Positions 28,029 through 41,821 of a stretch of DNA of 64,000 nucleotides are shown here, one piece after another; the stretch's first letter is position 1; every line of letters begins with the position of its first letter. Made by a program: the position numbers and the translations under genes. The notes under the pieces were generated by a model. It searched no databases. It saw nothing but the letters and a program-made list of their open reading frames with translations, and was not told the DNA's origin. Origin of the DNA: the human T2T-CHM13v2.0 reference genome, Homo sapiens; the NCBI RefSeq assembly GCF_009914755.1, contig NC_060936.1; one strand, given 5' to 3'.

Positions 28029-28407
28029 GTATTAGGGGATGAATTGTGTCCCCACCAAATTTATATGTTGAAACCCTAAACCCCAGTACCTCAGTATGTG
28101 GAGATACGGCCTTTAAAGAGGTGATTAAGTTAAAATGGGGCCATTAGAGCGGGCCCTAAGCCAATATGACTGGTGTTCTTATGAGAAGACATTAACAGAC
28201 AGACAACAGAAACAGAGGTACCACTATATGAGGACATGCAAAAAGGTGCCATTTGCAGGCCAAGGAGAGGCCTCAGAAGAAACTAAACCTGCAGACACCT
28301 TCGCCTTGGACTTCTAGCCTCCAGGATTGTGAGAAAATAAATTTCTGTTGTTTAAGCCACCTAGAGTCAGGGGTATTTTGTTAAGACACTCCTAGTAAAC
28401 CAATACA
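28029..28407 (+). mobile_element. MLT1A/B-like solo LTR
   Basis: tgaattgtgtcccc...atatgttgaa...ccttggacttctagcctccagg..tgtgagaaaataaatttctgttgtttaagccacc...aaccaataca. Confidence 0.88.
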
Positions 28408-30948
28408 ATAAGAAGTGGAAATAATAGCTGATATGGTGATTCAACAATTAACGTTCCTAAAATGTTTTTTATTAAAGACAAGTTAGCCATATTAAAATAA
28501 TTAAAATCATTTGAGAGGTTTTGTTTTTTATTTTTCTAGGCTGACTAATAAGTAGCTGAAACTGACTTAACAAGAGGGAAAATGCTTTTAAAATATTATT
28601 TCTACAGGTAAAGTTATCTACCACTACAACTCTTCCCTGGGCTCTGTAATCTACCCATAATCCAATGAGAATAGAATATATTTTTAGTATATGTACATTC
28701 TCTCACTAAAATATTAATTTCATTCATTCACATCTACATGCTTATCTGTATCTATATATTGGTCTATCTATCTCTTCTACTCATCATCCGTGCCCAGATC
28801 CACCATTCATCCATCTTTCCATTCATCCATCTATCCATCCATTTAATCAGTATTTACGGAACACCTACCATGTATTAGATGCCATTTAAGTACTGAAAAC
28901 CTACTTCTTATTGCCAGACAAATAAATGCTCCCTAAAATTTTCAAATGAAAACCACAAAGTAGAAGTCACAAATTCAAATGTCTTTAGAATGCATTCAGG
29001 TAAGGAAATGAATGAAGTGGTATTCCAGTGAGTTGGTATCTAAAAGGAGAAGACACAAGTCAGCTCTAGAGAGTTTTAGGCACAGTTTTGCCAAATCTTC
29101 CAAAATTTTAAGAGAATCCATACATTTGGGTTTTAATGTGAATTTTTGATTTTTAATGCTGGTGAAATGATCTGGATGTTTTCACAAACACTACATGAGC
29201 CAAACACAACATAGTTATTATTTAGACACCTAGCTATCTCTAGAGGCTACCAGTTTGCAACCTCTGCTCTAGACTCTGAGTACAGTCTTCAAAAGTGCCA
29301 AGTTTAAGAAGAGCTCTACAAGAAGTGAAAAAAAAATGCCAACTTATTCCATATCTGGTATGTTCATTGTCTGATTTCTGGTGAGTTCACACTAAATACT
29401 TTGGCTTTCAAAGGATATTCTTGTTGCGTTGACCGTTTAATGACCAAGTAAACCTGAGAATTGCCAAATATCTTGTCCTCTATGGTTATGAAAGCATGGC
29501 ATACATGAGGCAGAGTAAAGTCCTCATCCAGAAAAGATGAGATAAAGCTCTGTTGCCACTTTCATCATAACCGTCTCTCACCTCTGCACGAGACAACAAG
29601 GTCAGGAACCACTTTTTGTTAGTCATCTTTATAAGCTTACTAATCACTACCTGGCATAGTTCCCAACAGTATTATGTTTGATACATGTGCACTGAACTGG
29701 GTTTAAATCCATTATGTTCTTCGATTCTGATTTTAAATCTGGAATGGAAAATGACTATTGCTGAAATATTGCCCATTTAATTCAATTTTTTTATCCTTAA
29801 GGTCGTGTCTATATGACATGAAAATAATGAGCTATTTTAGACAGTTTATCAGGAAAAATAATCAGGCCAGTCACATTTGGAATGATATAGAGATCATCTA
29901 AGCAACAACTATATTTCTATCCAAATCATGTCTTGCTCTCATTCTATTTTGTTTTAGACTGATAAGACAGGCATAATAGAATAAAGAAAGCACAGATATT
30001 TTCAATTACTTTTTTGTTTGAAGTTTGTCTGAGTTTGAATATTATACTAGTTGGCATTGCTTTAATAACAGTAAAATATGATTTATGCATCTCATCTCTA
30101 TAGCTCAGCAATTAACATAGGGGAATACTAGTACTTTGTATTAACTAAGTGAACAATTCACATATGTCCTTAAAATGTAGAAAGAACTACTGACAAATAA
30201 ATAACAACCGACTAAAAAATTCCTCCCTGAAACAATTTTTAAAATATCTTATTTAAAAAAGTAATTTAAATCTAAACAACCATCATACAAATACATGTGG
30301 GAAATTTATCATTATGCAAATACCACCTGCAACTTTCATGCTTCACATTTATCATGCAGCTCATAATATTTGTAGACAAGTAAAGTGTGTCTCTTTAAGA
30401 AAAATGGTGAGAACCCTGAATGCTAGCACATTGTGGATGCTGATGAAGTCTTGTTTCACTCAACATGGTCAATAAAATGCAAGTATTTCTTACATTTCAG
30501 AAATGCCTCTGGACTTGAATACCTACTTGCATAATTAAACTCAAAGCCTATTCTAACTAATTACACCCACAGTAAGTCCTTTTCCATTACTGTTTTTCCA
30601 AAAAGTAAATCCTCTGGTTTAAACAACCATATTCTGGCTTCTTAAAGGTCTTAATCTTTTCTCCAACAAACTTCTGAAAGCTCAGCCTGCTTTTACAAAT
30701 TGCTCTGCTCCACTGAACACATACACTAGTTGGCCAGATGCCTTTCTAAACACAATTAACACATCTGTAAGTTCTATGTTATGTATTTCACAGTATTAGC
30801 AATATGAGTATTTATAAGAACTATCCTGTAATATTAAGAAACCAACAACATTTGGACTAAAAACCCAGCCTTTCAACTTTTGTAAAATGTTCTAATTATG
30901 TGGTCTATTTCAGGCTCTCTGATTCCATATTAGAAACCACCAGATTCA

Positions 30949-31261
30949 TTTTCCTTTTCTTTTTTTTTTTTTTTTTGAGACAGAGTCTCCTCTGTTGCCC
31001 AGGCTGGAGTGCAGTGGCACAATCTGGCTTCTCTGCCTCCTGGGCTCAAGCAATTCTCTGCCTCAGCCTCCCAAGTAGCTGGGATTACAGGCGCCCGCCA
31101 CCACACCAGGCGAATTTTTTATTTATTTATTTGTTTTATTTTTAGTAGAGACGAGGTTTTGCCATGTTGACCAAGGTGGTCTTGAACTCCTGACCTCATG
31201 ATCCACCTGCCTCAGCCTCCCAAAGTGCTGCGATTACAGGTGTGAGCCACTGCGCCCAGTC
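30949..31261 (-). mobile_element. AluS
   Basis: Reverse Alu; TSD agaaaccaccagattc. Confidence 0.94.
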
Positions 31262-32479
31262 AGAGAAACCACCAGATTCTTAACAAGCGATTTCTCTTTT
31301 CAACTTAAGATGCTGCAAATCTCAGATATCATCTAAAAGTTTCATCTGAAGTAAGTTAAGTGATGTAATTGGGCATTTTGATTTTTTTCTTTGAAAAAAA
31401 AAGATAATATCTAGTTGACTTACTACATGAGCCCAGTTAAATTCTCTGAAACTGCTGCACCTGCCTTTAGAGCTGAAAGTTCTCACACCTCTTTGAAGAA
31501 CTGTAGCAAAAGAAATGATCCTGTTTCAGGTTGAAATGTGAAAGAATACTAAGGGCAACACATTTCTAAATTTGACTTTTAAAATTTTAACATAAATTTG
31601 AATCTCTGGATGAAGGTAAGGATACACTGTTGCAACAAATAGAGATAATGAAGACTAATGAAGTCAGAAAACCTGAAAATTGTTAAAGAATTTAGAGCAT
31701 GTCTGAGGGTAGCTCTGAGGATTAAATGAGGTAATGTACATGACAGCCCATACCTAAGTGTTGAGCACTTGGTAAGAACTTGGACTTGAATGACCTAAGT
31801 CTAACACTCCCATTTTACAGATAAGAAAACTGAGGCAAGAAAGGCAAACTCTGAACATATCCACATGGAGGGATTCAGCAAAAGTGTAAGGAAAATAATT
31901 GCTGTAAAGTAATCAAAGGACGTTCTCTGATACTATGCTGTTTGGGTTATTACTCAAGAGATACAAAACAATTTTCATGTCCTCATTTCAAGAGACTTTT
32001 CTAATTTTCCCTGATGAATGGCTCCATTCTATTCCTGCAGATTTTATGTACAGTTCTAAAAATAAAACTAAGTTGAGGAAAGGCATACCCCTAATATTGT
32101 ACTTCTATTATTTATTCTAAAAACGTTTACTTAAAATTATTCCAGGGTTTGACAATTTAATGCAATGGAAGCGTAAACCACATCACTTTAAAAAATTCCC
32201 ACCGCAGCCCAAAGTTTCTCTTTGCTGACCGCCCTGCACCCCACCCCGACCCTTTCAGTAGCTAGTTGGCTGTTTTCAGCACTAAGGGAGTCTCTGAAAG
32301 TCCACCAAGCTGCTTCTGGCTAGATCCGAGGAAACCAGACATTTCTGTCAATATTTATCTTCACAGGTATTTTTACCTTCATTTTTTGTATCCCTGGAAC
32401 TCAAATGAAACACCAGCTTGAAAAGGCAGGGCCCAACCCCGTGTGGCTTGGCCATCCAATTGCACCTGTCATCCTTTAC

Positions 32480-32750
32480 CTGTTTGCAAGACCACTGTTC
32501 TCTCTTCATCCAGAGAAATAATCCTGAAGTTATAGATGGTTCCTGCTTGTAAATCTTGAAGGTTACATCCGTATGTGGTGTTGTCTATCCGAAAGGTAGG
32601 GCACAACGCGGCCCCCAGGGTGTCACTGCTATAGATGAGGCTAAAGTTACAGGGTGAGCCCAAAATTCTCCACTGGATAGACACAGAATGGCTGGAGGCC
32701 TTGGACTCCGCCAGGGTGAAGTTACATCTCTCTGGCTCCGCCAGTCCAGT
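32480..32750 (-). CDS. PTPRB: Exon 4: end of signal peptide and FN3 domain 1; first exon shared by both isoforms
   Basis: 271 nt; acceptor ttcctttgcag|, donor CAG|gtaaag; TGLAEPERCNF...RTVVLQT; phase 0 to 1. Confidence 0.97.
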
Positions 32751-33099
32751 CTGCAAAGGAATCAGACACAACAGTTTAAGTCCACAGTCTGGACTGCTCA
32801 GGGACATGTCCACAGCAAGCTCCTCAAGCCACACTTTCTCCTCTACTTATCCTTTGTCCCTTGCCTCAGCCAGTCCTTTTGCCCTCTGGCCAGAGAAGAG
32901 GCTTGCAGGGGAGGTGGATGGCAACTTTCTCCCTAGCTGCTGTCCCTTGAGAGCAGCTGGAGAGAGAAGGTGGCTTTTTGCTTTGACAGCCGGATAAGCT
33001 GTCATTCTGGGTTGGGGGGCTCACCAGAGGATCATTCTTCCCAAGGCAGAAGAAGAAATTTTGCCACCTCCCTCTTCAAAGCACAACCCGATAGACGAG

Positions 33100-33830
33100 A
33101 AAGTGGAGTGGGAATTTGGTTTTCGGCGGGGAGGGGGCGCATCAGCTCTGACCCCTTCTCGGGCCACTCACCTGCAGCAGGCTCAGTGTGATCCACAAGG
33201 CCAACCCGGCTCCATGGCTCAGCATTGCGCTCAGTAGTTAAGATCCAGAGGAGACCGAGGGGGCTGGACGTGGGACGGCCCGAGGGCCGGGGCAGGGGGT
33301 CACCTGTTGCGCGCGCTCAGCGCGCCCCGTGGGCGCAGCGCGCTTCCCTCGGGGCTGGCGACGCGCAGGGGCCACTGCGGCCACCGCTGCTGCTGCTGCT
33401 CCTGCCGCCCCGGGCGGGCTGCGGACGCGAGAGGCGGCGGGGACAGGCAGCGCGCCGCCCTTCCCACGCTGCCATTCTGACCCGCGCTGCCTCGCCCCAG
33501 CCCCGTCCGCTGACTTCCGCAATCAAAAGGCAATTTCCTCGTCTCCCGGCAAAGGAACAATGCGCCGGCGAGGGAGGGAGCCCCGAGGAGCCAACGCCTG
33601 AGCCTGCCAAGGGGCCCGATGTGGGCCAAGCTGCCCCCGCTGCCCCGCGCCGATACCTTCCCGGCCAGGGGTCCGGTCCGGCTCCGCGGGGCTCTGCCTC
33701 CTCCTCCTCCCGTACTCTCCCTTTTCCCCAGTCTGTGGTTCTCGACCCAGTCGCCTTAGCCACAATTAGTGCTTGCTCCCTGTCACTTTCCAGGCCCCCA
33801 CCCCCGCCCCTTTCCTCCCTCCACACCCAG
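33100..33830 (-). promoter_or_regulatory. CpG island, proximal PTPRB promoter and 5'UTR
   Basis: The only very GC- and CpG-rich block in an AT-rich window. It covers the proximal first exon and has GC boxes, ETS cores (acttccg ~33513, atttcct ~33533) and a short (CTG)n run at ~33387-33400. The TSS cannot be placed from sequence. Confidence 0.9.
33172..33225 (-). CDS. PTPRB: Proximal alternative first coding exon (classical VE-PTP), signal peptide MLSHGAGLALWITLSLLQ
   Basis: 54 nt, ATG at 33225, donor CAG|gtgagt, phase 0 matching exon 4; lies in the CpG island. Confidence 0.96.
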
Positions 33831-34594
33831 CGTCTCCCCCTCCCTATCTTCCTTCCTATCTTCCTCATCTGCTTTCTCCAGGACCACTTTTTCCCAGGAT
33901 TAAACTTGACCGCAGCATATTTCCCCAGGTCGCCTGCACTCTTTCCTGAAGTCTTTTATTAGAGAGCTTTTGCCCTTCTCACTTCAAAGCATTCATTTGT
34001 CCCGGTGGCATCCCCTGACACTAGCAAGAGAAAAAGACCCCAAAAGGATTGTCAGCTTGACCATTCTTTTCTCCCAATCACTTTCCCTTTTCTCTTGTAT
34101 AGGTTTGTATCCTCCCTAAATCTTATGTAAATAGCGCTAACGACAAATATAATCACTACCAAGTGTTCAACCCACAGCTAACAGTTTTATCATCCAGTAG
34201 TTAAAGCCATTTCATCCCTAATTGTCCAGCCAAAAGAAGACAGCCATGTAAACTCTCATTTGTGGAAACTACTGTTGATAGTCAGCTCTCCACAAGTTAA
34301 AAAAAAAATGGCATTTATTCAGCGTTCAGCCCTAACTGTATGCCCTTTAGCAACTGCTTCAGTACCCAAACGGTTATTTATCTGAAAACTGATTTTAGAA
34401 AAGCTCCCAATAACTAAAGAGCAAAAATATTTAATTGTACACAAGTGAGAAAAGCAAAATATTGCAACAAGTTTTATAATTTTTTATTGCTTTTTTGGAG
34501 CACCATCCCTAACAACTGCCAAAAGAAATGAAATTCCACATTCTAATTTTCAAATCAGCGGGAAGGATGGCATATTCCTTTCTTTTTCAAATAG

Positions 34595-35443
<849 letters not shown>

Positions 35444-36116
35444 TAGATAACAATGTACTTTCCTCAACTGTAACATTGGAATAATACCTACTCTAAATAC
35501 ACCACACAGCTATTATGAATAAATAATATCACAACTACATTAAACTACCTTTGCAAACTTTAATGTGCTAGCAGAACCTTAAGGCTGACAGCAGAGCTCC
35601 CAAATGATTAGTGAGTCCTAAATGACCCATAAACATGAGCATACTATGAAACAAGAGGAAGAGTTTAAACTCAGGCTTTTACCGATAACATTTTTCCTTT
35701 TAAAAGTACAAAACTTAACATGAGAAATCCAAGAAAACTGTAATATATTCAAGGAAGTATAGGACTGAAAAAAGCTTCCAGATATCATCTTTTCTATGAG
35801 GAGTTTATTTGAAACTACTGGACAAAGTATAAATAAATTGGTTCATTTTGGTTTTTGTTCTCATCTTTGTTTGGAATTCCTCAACTTCTCTTGAGCCTGC
35901 TTGTCCTACATAAGGACACTATTTGAATTAGAAGTTGCATTCCAGAAATTTGGAATCAGCCACTCTGTACCATTTCAGGGGACAAGCTTTCTTCCTTGCC
36001 ACCAGGAAACCTTTCCCAGACTACATGGGAAGGGTGGGGCTGCTTTTGATTAAACATGAGTGAACAAGCAGCTGTCTTAAAAAAAAAAAAGTCATAGCAA
36101 TTTAAAAACATTAATT

Positions 36117-36406
36117 GGCCAGGTGCGGTGGCTCACACCTGTAATCATAGCACTTTGGGAGGCTGAGGCAGGTAGATCACTTGAGTCCAGGAGTTTGAGA
36201 CCAGCCTGGATAACATGGAGAAACCCTGTCTCTACAAAAAATACAAAAATTAGCTGGATGCTGTGGTGCGTGCCTGTAATCCCAGCTACTCAGGAGGCTG
36301 CAGCAGGAGGATTGCTTAACCCCAGGACGCAGAGGTTGCCATAAGCCCAGATTGTGCCACTGCACTCCAGCCTCGGCAACAGAGTGAAAACCTTCTCTCA
36401 AAAAAA
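36117..36406 (+). mobile_element. AluJ-like
   Basis: Dimeric Alu flanked by attaatt. Confidence 0.92.
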
Positions 36407-37314
36407 GTTATTAATTATGAGTTCATGGCTAAAAGTATGAATCTTGTCACATTATGAACATAGATGTTGAATAATACAATGGGTCATCAAGGGGTCTGGG
36501 AGCCACTGTTTGAGAACCGTTACTTTGGACAGGGGTTTGAACTGGACATGGGGATGAGGGGCAGTGGTGTTGGATGGATGAGGGGAGGGCAGAGTAGACT
36601 GGTTAGGTTAATCCACACTCCCATCACCCATGACCTAAAAGGTCATGGTCCTTACCCCGGCCCCTCATTACCTGGCCTCTGCCCATTTCTTTCCTCCCTC
36701 CTGCTTGCCTCCTATTCTCCACTTGCTTGGGTCTGATAATTCATTTACTTTCATTCAGCGAACACTGACTAGCCACCTATTGTGTGCCAGGCTCTGGTAT
36801 AGGTTTTGGAGGCTCTGCTCCCCATCCCGTGCCTATGGAACTGACTTGCCCTAGAGCTCTTGTGCCTGTCATTTCCTCTTCTTCAGCCACTCCTCCCCAG
36901 GCTCTCTGTTTGGCAATCTTTCTCTCGTCCTTTAGGTTTCAGCTTCAGCACACCTCTAAGGGGCCAGTCCCTTTCTGACCTCACAAGGAAAAATTATGTC
37001 TTTATTATTCTTCATCTCAGTGGCCATTTAATTCAGAGCAATGACTTTTGGTAATAATCTAATCATTTATGTATTTGTGTGCTGTCTACCTTTCCCGGTC
37101 ATATGGAGGATTCTGTTAGAGCAGAATCTTTGTCTGTCCTGCTCTTCTTGCACAGGGATTTTCATAGAGTCTCAACCAACATTTGCTGAATCTTCATGTC
37201 AGCTTAGTAAATATTGTTACATGAATAAATATCCTAAACAAGTCCTTCTAAACATGGTCCTGTTGGTCCTGCTGGACCATGTTTAGAATGAATGTTTAGA
37301 ATCTTAAATACTAT

Positions 37315-37470
37315 CCTGGAAGGGAAGAGGGGAAAGAGAAGAGAAAAAAGAGGGAAGAGCAAAGGAATGACAAAGAAGAAAAGATTCATTTTGAAGACAA
37401 AGAGAAAAAGGTGGGAAAAGTGAAGAGAGGGAAGATGAAAGGAGGAAAAGGAGAAGGAGGAGGGAGGCAG
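37315..37470 (+). repeat. GA-rich low-complexity tract
   Basis: About 150 nt of mostly purines. Confidence 0.75.
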
Positions 37471-37482
37471 TACCCGTTAGAA

Positions 37483-37635
37483 CAGTGGTTCTCAAAGTGT
37501 AGCTCTCAAATTATCGTCATCTGAGAACTTGCTAGAAATGTAAACTTACCAGCCTCACCACAGACCTAGGAATCAGAAATGCTGGGGATAGAGCTCAATA
37601 ATGGAGCCCTCTGTATTTTAATAGGCCTTCCAGTA
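37483..37635 (+). mobile_element. MER5A fragment
   Basis: cagtggttctcaaagtgt...gaacttgctagaaatgtaaa...gaatcagaaa...ctgtattttaa. Confidence 0.75.
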
Positions 37636-37906
37636 CTAGTTCATGAGAAGGAGTTATTCAAATTCTGAACAAAGTCTCAGATTATACCCTAAACCCTGTA
37701 CTTGATATCATTTTACATTCAGGAGAGTTAATGAGATCTTGGCTTTAATTTTTTTTTTAATAAATTTTACTGAGCTCTTTGCTTATAAGAAAACTACATA
37801 GATGACTTAGAAGAACAATTTTAGAATGTATTACTTAAGTGAATTGGTGACCTTTATAATATATAATATGCATATTTTGATATATATAACTTCTCATTAA
37901 AAATTA

Positions 37907-37988
37907 AGTGAGATCGCACCACTGCATTCCAGCCTGGGTGACAGAGTGAGACTCCATCTCAAAAACAAAAACAAACAAACAAAAAAAA
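37907..37988 (+). mobile_element. 5'-truncated Alu (3' end only)
   Basis: gagatcgcaccactgcattccagcctgggtgacagagtgagactccatctc plus (AAAC)n tail; TSD aaaaattaa. Confidence 0.9.
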
Positions 37989-39509
37989 TTAACTGTGAAT
38001 ACTTAAGCAAAAAGGATCAACATGTAGCAAACTTAACACATGTTAGACATAAGGCCAGTTTGATACCTTTCCTCCTAGGAGGTAGTTTTGTTATGCAAAC
38101 CTCAGGTATTTATTAGAAGAAAGCATAGCAATCAGGGAAATGTGTCAATTAAAAACAACTACAAGATGGCAAATCCTTGTCTGAGTTTTACTTCGAACCG
38201 GCTCAATAGTAAATTCTGGCAAAAGTGAATACAATTTTAACCTGCAGCAGGTGTGATGCATTAAAATGTAGAGAAATGTTACTTTGATAAGTAGTTTAAA
38301 GCCAAAAACCATGACCAGCCTATTTTGTGTTTAGAGAGACAGTCTGAGATACTTACTTTTCAAGGAATTTTTCTAGCTAAACTTCCTAGATCATAGGTCT
38401 CCAGGAAAATGGAAATAATAGAAGCATTAGGAGAGGGCGGTTGTAAGGATTAAATGAGAAGTTGCATGTCATATGTATAGTACAGTTCCTGTCTAAAGGG
38501 CTCAATAAATATTAAGTTCCATGATTATTAGTAATAATACTATTCTATGAATAACATTAAAATAAACAATGAATGCTGCGCAGTCGGTAAAATTAGAGAA
38601 TGACAAAGTTCATGACTGAGAACTCATCTTTCTGAGAACATCCAAATGACCGTAAATTATCATTGCTTCCAATCTCGTACCTAAAATCATACCCAAGAAA
38701 CTCTTCAGTAGATCAACACCCAAAGACATTTAACAGCTGCTCAGTCTGTTAGACCAGCCAAGATTTTTTTAAAATACTGCAAGGGAGGGGTGGGAGTGCC
38801 GGTTACGTCTCTAACAGCAGGCTCCACTGTCTCTCTAGAACACATCTCTAAGGTTTCCTGGTATTCTTTTTTCCCACACCCATTTATCAGCCTCTTCCCC
38901 TCCCCTACTTTTTATTTTGTTTTAATTTGAAGGAAATGGGCTTTACATAGCTTTTGTTATAGCTCTGTAACTACAAACAGCCAAATAATTTATAATCAGA
39001 TGTGAGTGCAAGTGAGCCACTCTTCCAATCAGGCACTTCTGCTGCATCTTCTTTCACACCACAGTTCCTGCCACCCCACCCTTGGAAGGGAGTCTACTCC
39101 CAGATGAACCCAGTTGAGGCAGTAATGCTTGCAATGGGGCAGTCTATATGGGTGTAGCTGCTGTACGCTATGGATTTAGGAGCTAGCAAACATTTATTAC
39201 CAAACCCTAGGATAGCAGACAAATAAAGCATGGCTTATGATAACATTGGCTTTAAAGAAAAGGAAATCAAAAACAGTCACCCACAGAAATTATGGGTGGA
39301 GGGAATAGGCTGCATATATCCTGAATTAAGTGTGCAATCTCAATAAAGTTATCAAATTCAGGAAATTCAAAATGGATATACTTAAATCCACAGTCTATAT
39401 TTCAATTTTGTCAACGATCTCAATAATATCCTTTTTTTTGCTTGTTTTCTCTCTAGATCCAGCCCCAAGGATCCTGTATTGCATCTAATTGTCAGTGTCT
39501 TAATCTTCT

Positions 39510-39668
<159 letters not shown>

Positions 39669-40272
39669 TAATGTGGAACAATTCCTCAGTCTTTTAAAAT
39701 GACCATTCTGACATTGGCCTTTTCGAATGATACAGGTTGGTTATTTCCATAGCATCTTCCTCCATCTGAATTTATCTGATGTCCTTGTGATTAGATTTAG
39801 GTTGTATATCCCCAACAACACTTCCTCCTTTTTCCTGCTTTAGAGTTTTTCTTAACAGGCTGATTATTCAGTTATTCTCCAATGGATTGCAAACCTGATT
39901 GCACATTAGAACCACTCTGGCAGATTTTCACACAATAGGTGCTGAGGTCCTACCTCAGTAAATCCTGATATAGGTCTGAGGTGGAATCTTAGAATATGTA
40001 TCTTTCAAAAGCTTCCCAGGTGATTCCGATATATGTATAACCAATGGTAAGCACCACAAGCTTCCCCTCTCAATCAGCATGTCCTGGCTTCTCTTTTGAT
40101 CTCATTTTGCTTTCCCATTGCCATTCTCTCTCCCCACTGTATCAACTTTCATCTAGGGTAGAACTCGTCTGCCCAGGGAGACCAATGTGGCAGAGAAATA
40201 CTGTCATGTTAAAGGGCCCATTTCAATGCATGTGTTCTGTTCATGGTTGTATTTTATGTGCATATGATTATA

Positions 40273-40509
40273 CAGTCATCCCTCAGTATGGGGGTGGATT
40301 GACTCCAGGACCCTTATGTATAACCAAATCTCCACATACTCAAGTAAAATAGTTGGCCTTGCAAAACCTGCATATACAAAAGTTGGTCCTCTGTATACCT
40401 GAGTTACAAATTCCACCAATAATGTATTTTTCATTTGCATTTGGTTGAAAGAAAGTCCCGTATAAATGGACCTGCACAGTTCAAAACCATGTTGTTCAAG
40501 GGTTAACTA
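40273..40509 (+). mobile_element. MER2-like (TcMar-Tigger) fossil
   Basis: ta|cagtcatccctcagtat...ctccaggaccc...acctgcacagttcaaaaccatgttgttcaagggttaact|ata. Confidence 0.8.
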
Positions 40510-41498
40510 TATGTTCACAAAATAGCAACATGGTCTTTTTGTGCACAAAATGGAAAACAATGCAAATCGCCCATCACTAAAAGAAAATGAAAGAGAATAA
40601 AAATCCTTGAGATTTTCAGGCTGGTGGGGTCCAGTGAATTGTAGACCATCTTTATGCTATTGGCACATGGTAGTCCACTTTAACTGGCAAATTAAGAAAA
40701 CTATAGTCCATGTTAGAATTAGGCTTGAAAGATGTTAATTATAAATTAAGTTCTTTTGAAACGTATCCTCCCCACAATATGTTATTTCCCAAGTGGCCTT
40801 TTTTGTAGCATCAGCAGTCTCAGAGTCTGTTTATATAGTATCCATTCACACTAGTCAATCTAGGAGTCGAGATGAAGGATCAGAGGATGGTTTCCTTTCC
40901 CCCTCTCCCCCGCTACTTCTTTGCCCTCCTCCCTCCAGGCATTTGCCTCAGTGAAGGGGAATTTTTTCCCATCTTTAGTTCTGGCTACAGAACAGTAGTA
41001 GCAGCGGGGTGTCTCCCCTGCATACTTTAAGTGACCCCAATATAGGAGGTTATCCCAGACTTGCAGGGGGTGGAGTTTTCTGCATTTGCAGGGGTGGGGT
41101 GTTTTCTGCATTTGCCTCCTCATTTATCTGGAGACTCACACTGGGCTGTGATCTCTTTGAAGGCCAAATAGAAGGAAACACAAAACTGTGAAAGCCCAGA
41201 CCAGTACCACAATGGCTATTCATGAACTGAGGAAATGCAATCCTTCTCCCAGGCCGGAGCAAGGGTGGGTGGGCAGGGAAAGATTTAGAGATATTTAGCA
41301 GTATCAGAACCAGCCAGTAACATTTCTAATGCATGTTCTGCATTTTATCCCTTTCAAAGTATTTTCACATAATATGTTGACTCATCTGGTTTTTAACACC
41401 CTGTGAAGAAGGCAAGGTAGGAATGATGAAGCAGGAACAAGGAGAAGCTAGTATTAATAGCTAAAACTATTGAATATTTATCATGTATAGCCAGTGTT

Positions 41499-41821
41499 CT
41501 TGTTTGTTTTTTGTTTGTTTGTTTGTTTTGAAACAGGGTCTCATTCTGTCATCCAGGCTGGAGTGCAGGGGCATGATCACAGCTCACTGCAGCCCTGGCC
41601 TCCTGGGCTCAAATGATCCTTCTGCCTTAGCCTCCCCAGTAGCTGGGATCACAGGCACGCACCACCATATCTGGGTAATTTTTAATTTTTTTATTTTTTC
41701 TTGCAGAGACAGGGTTTTGCCCTGTTGCCCAGGCTGGTCTCGAACTCCTGGGCTTGAGTGATCTGCTCACCTCGGCCTCCCAAAGTGCTGGGATTATAGG
41801 TGTAAACCACTGCATCAGGCC
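41499..41821 (-). mobile_element. AluJ
   Basis: Reverse Alu with (TTTG)n tail; TSD tagccagtgttc / tagccagtattc. Confidence 0.93.

Noticed and set aside
33387-33400. (CTG/CAG)n run in the promoter / 5'UTR
   Set aside because: Only about 5 units, too short to suggest instability.
33225-33962. 245-aa plus-strand ORF and overlapping 80-183 aa ORFs in the CpG island
   Set aside because: GC-rich DNA lacks stops in several frames at once. The 245-aa ORF starts at TTG and gives a low-complexity Pro/Arg/Ala product with no domain.
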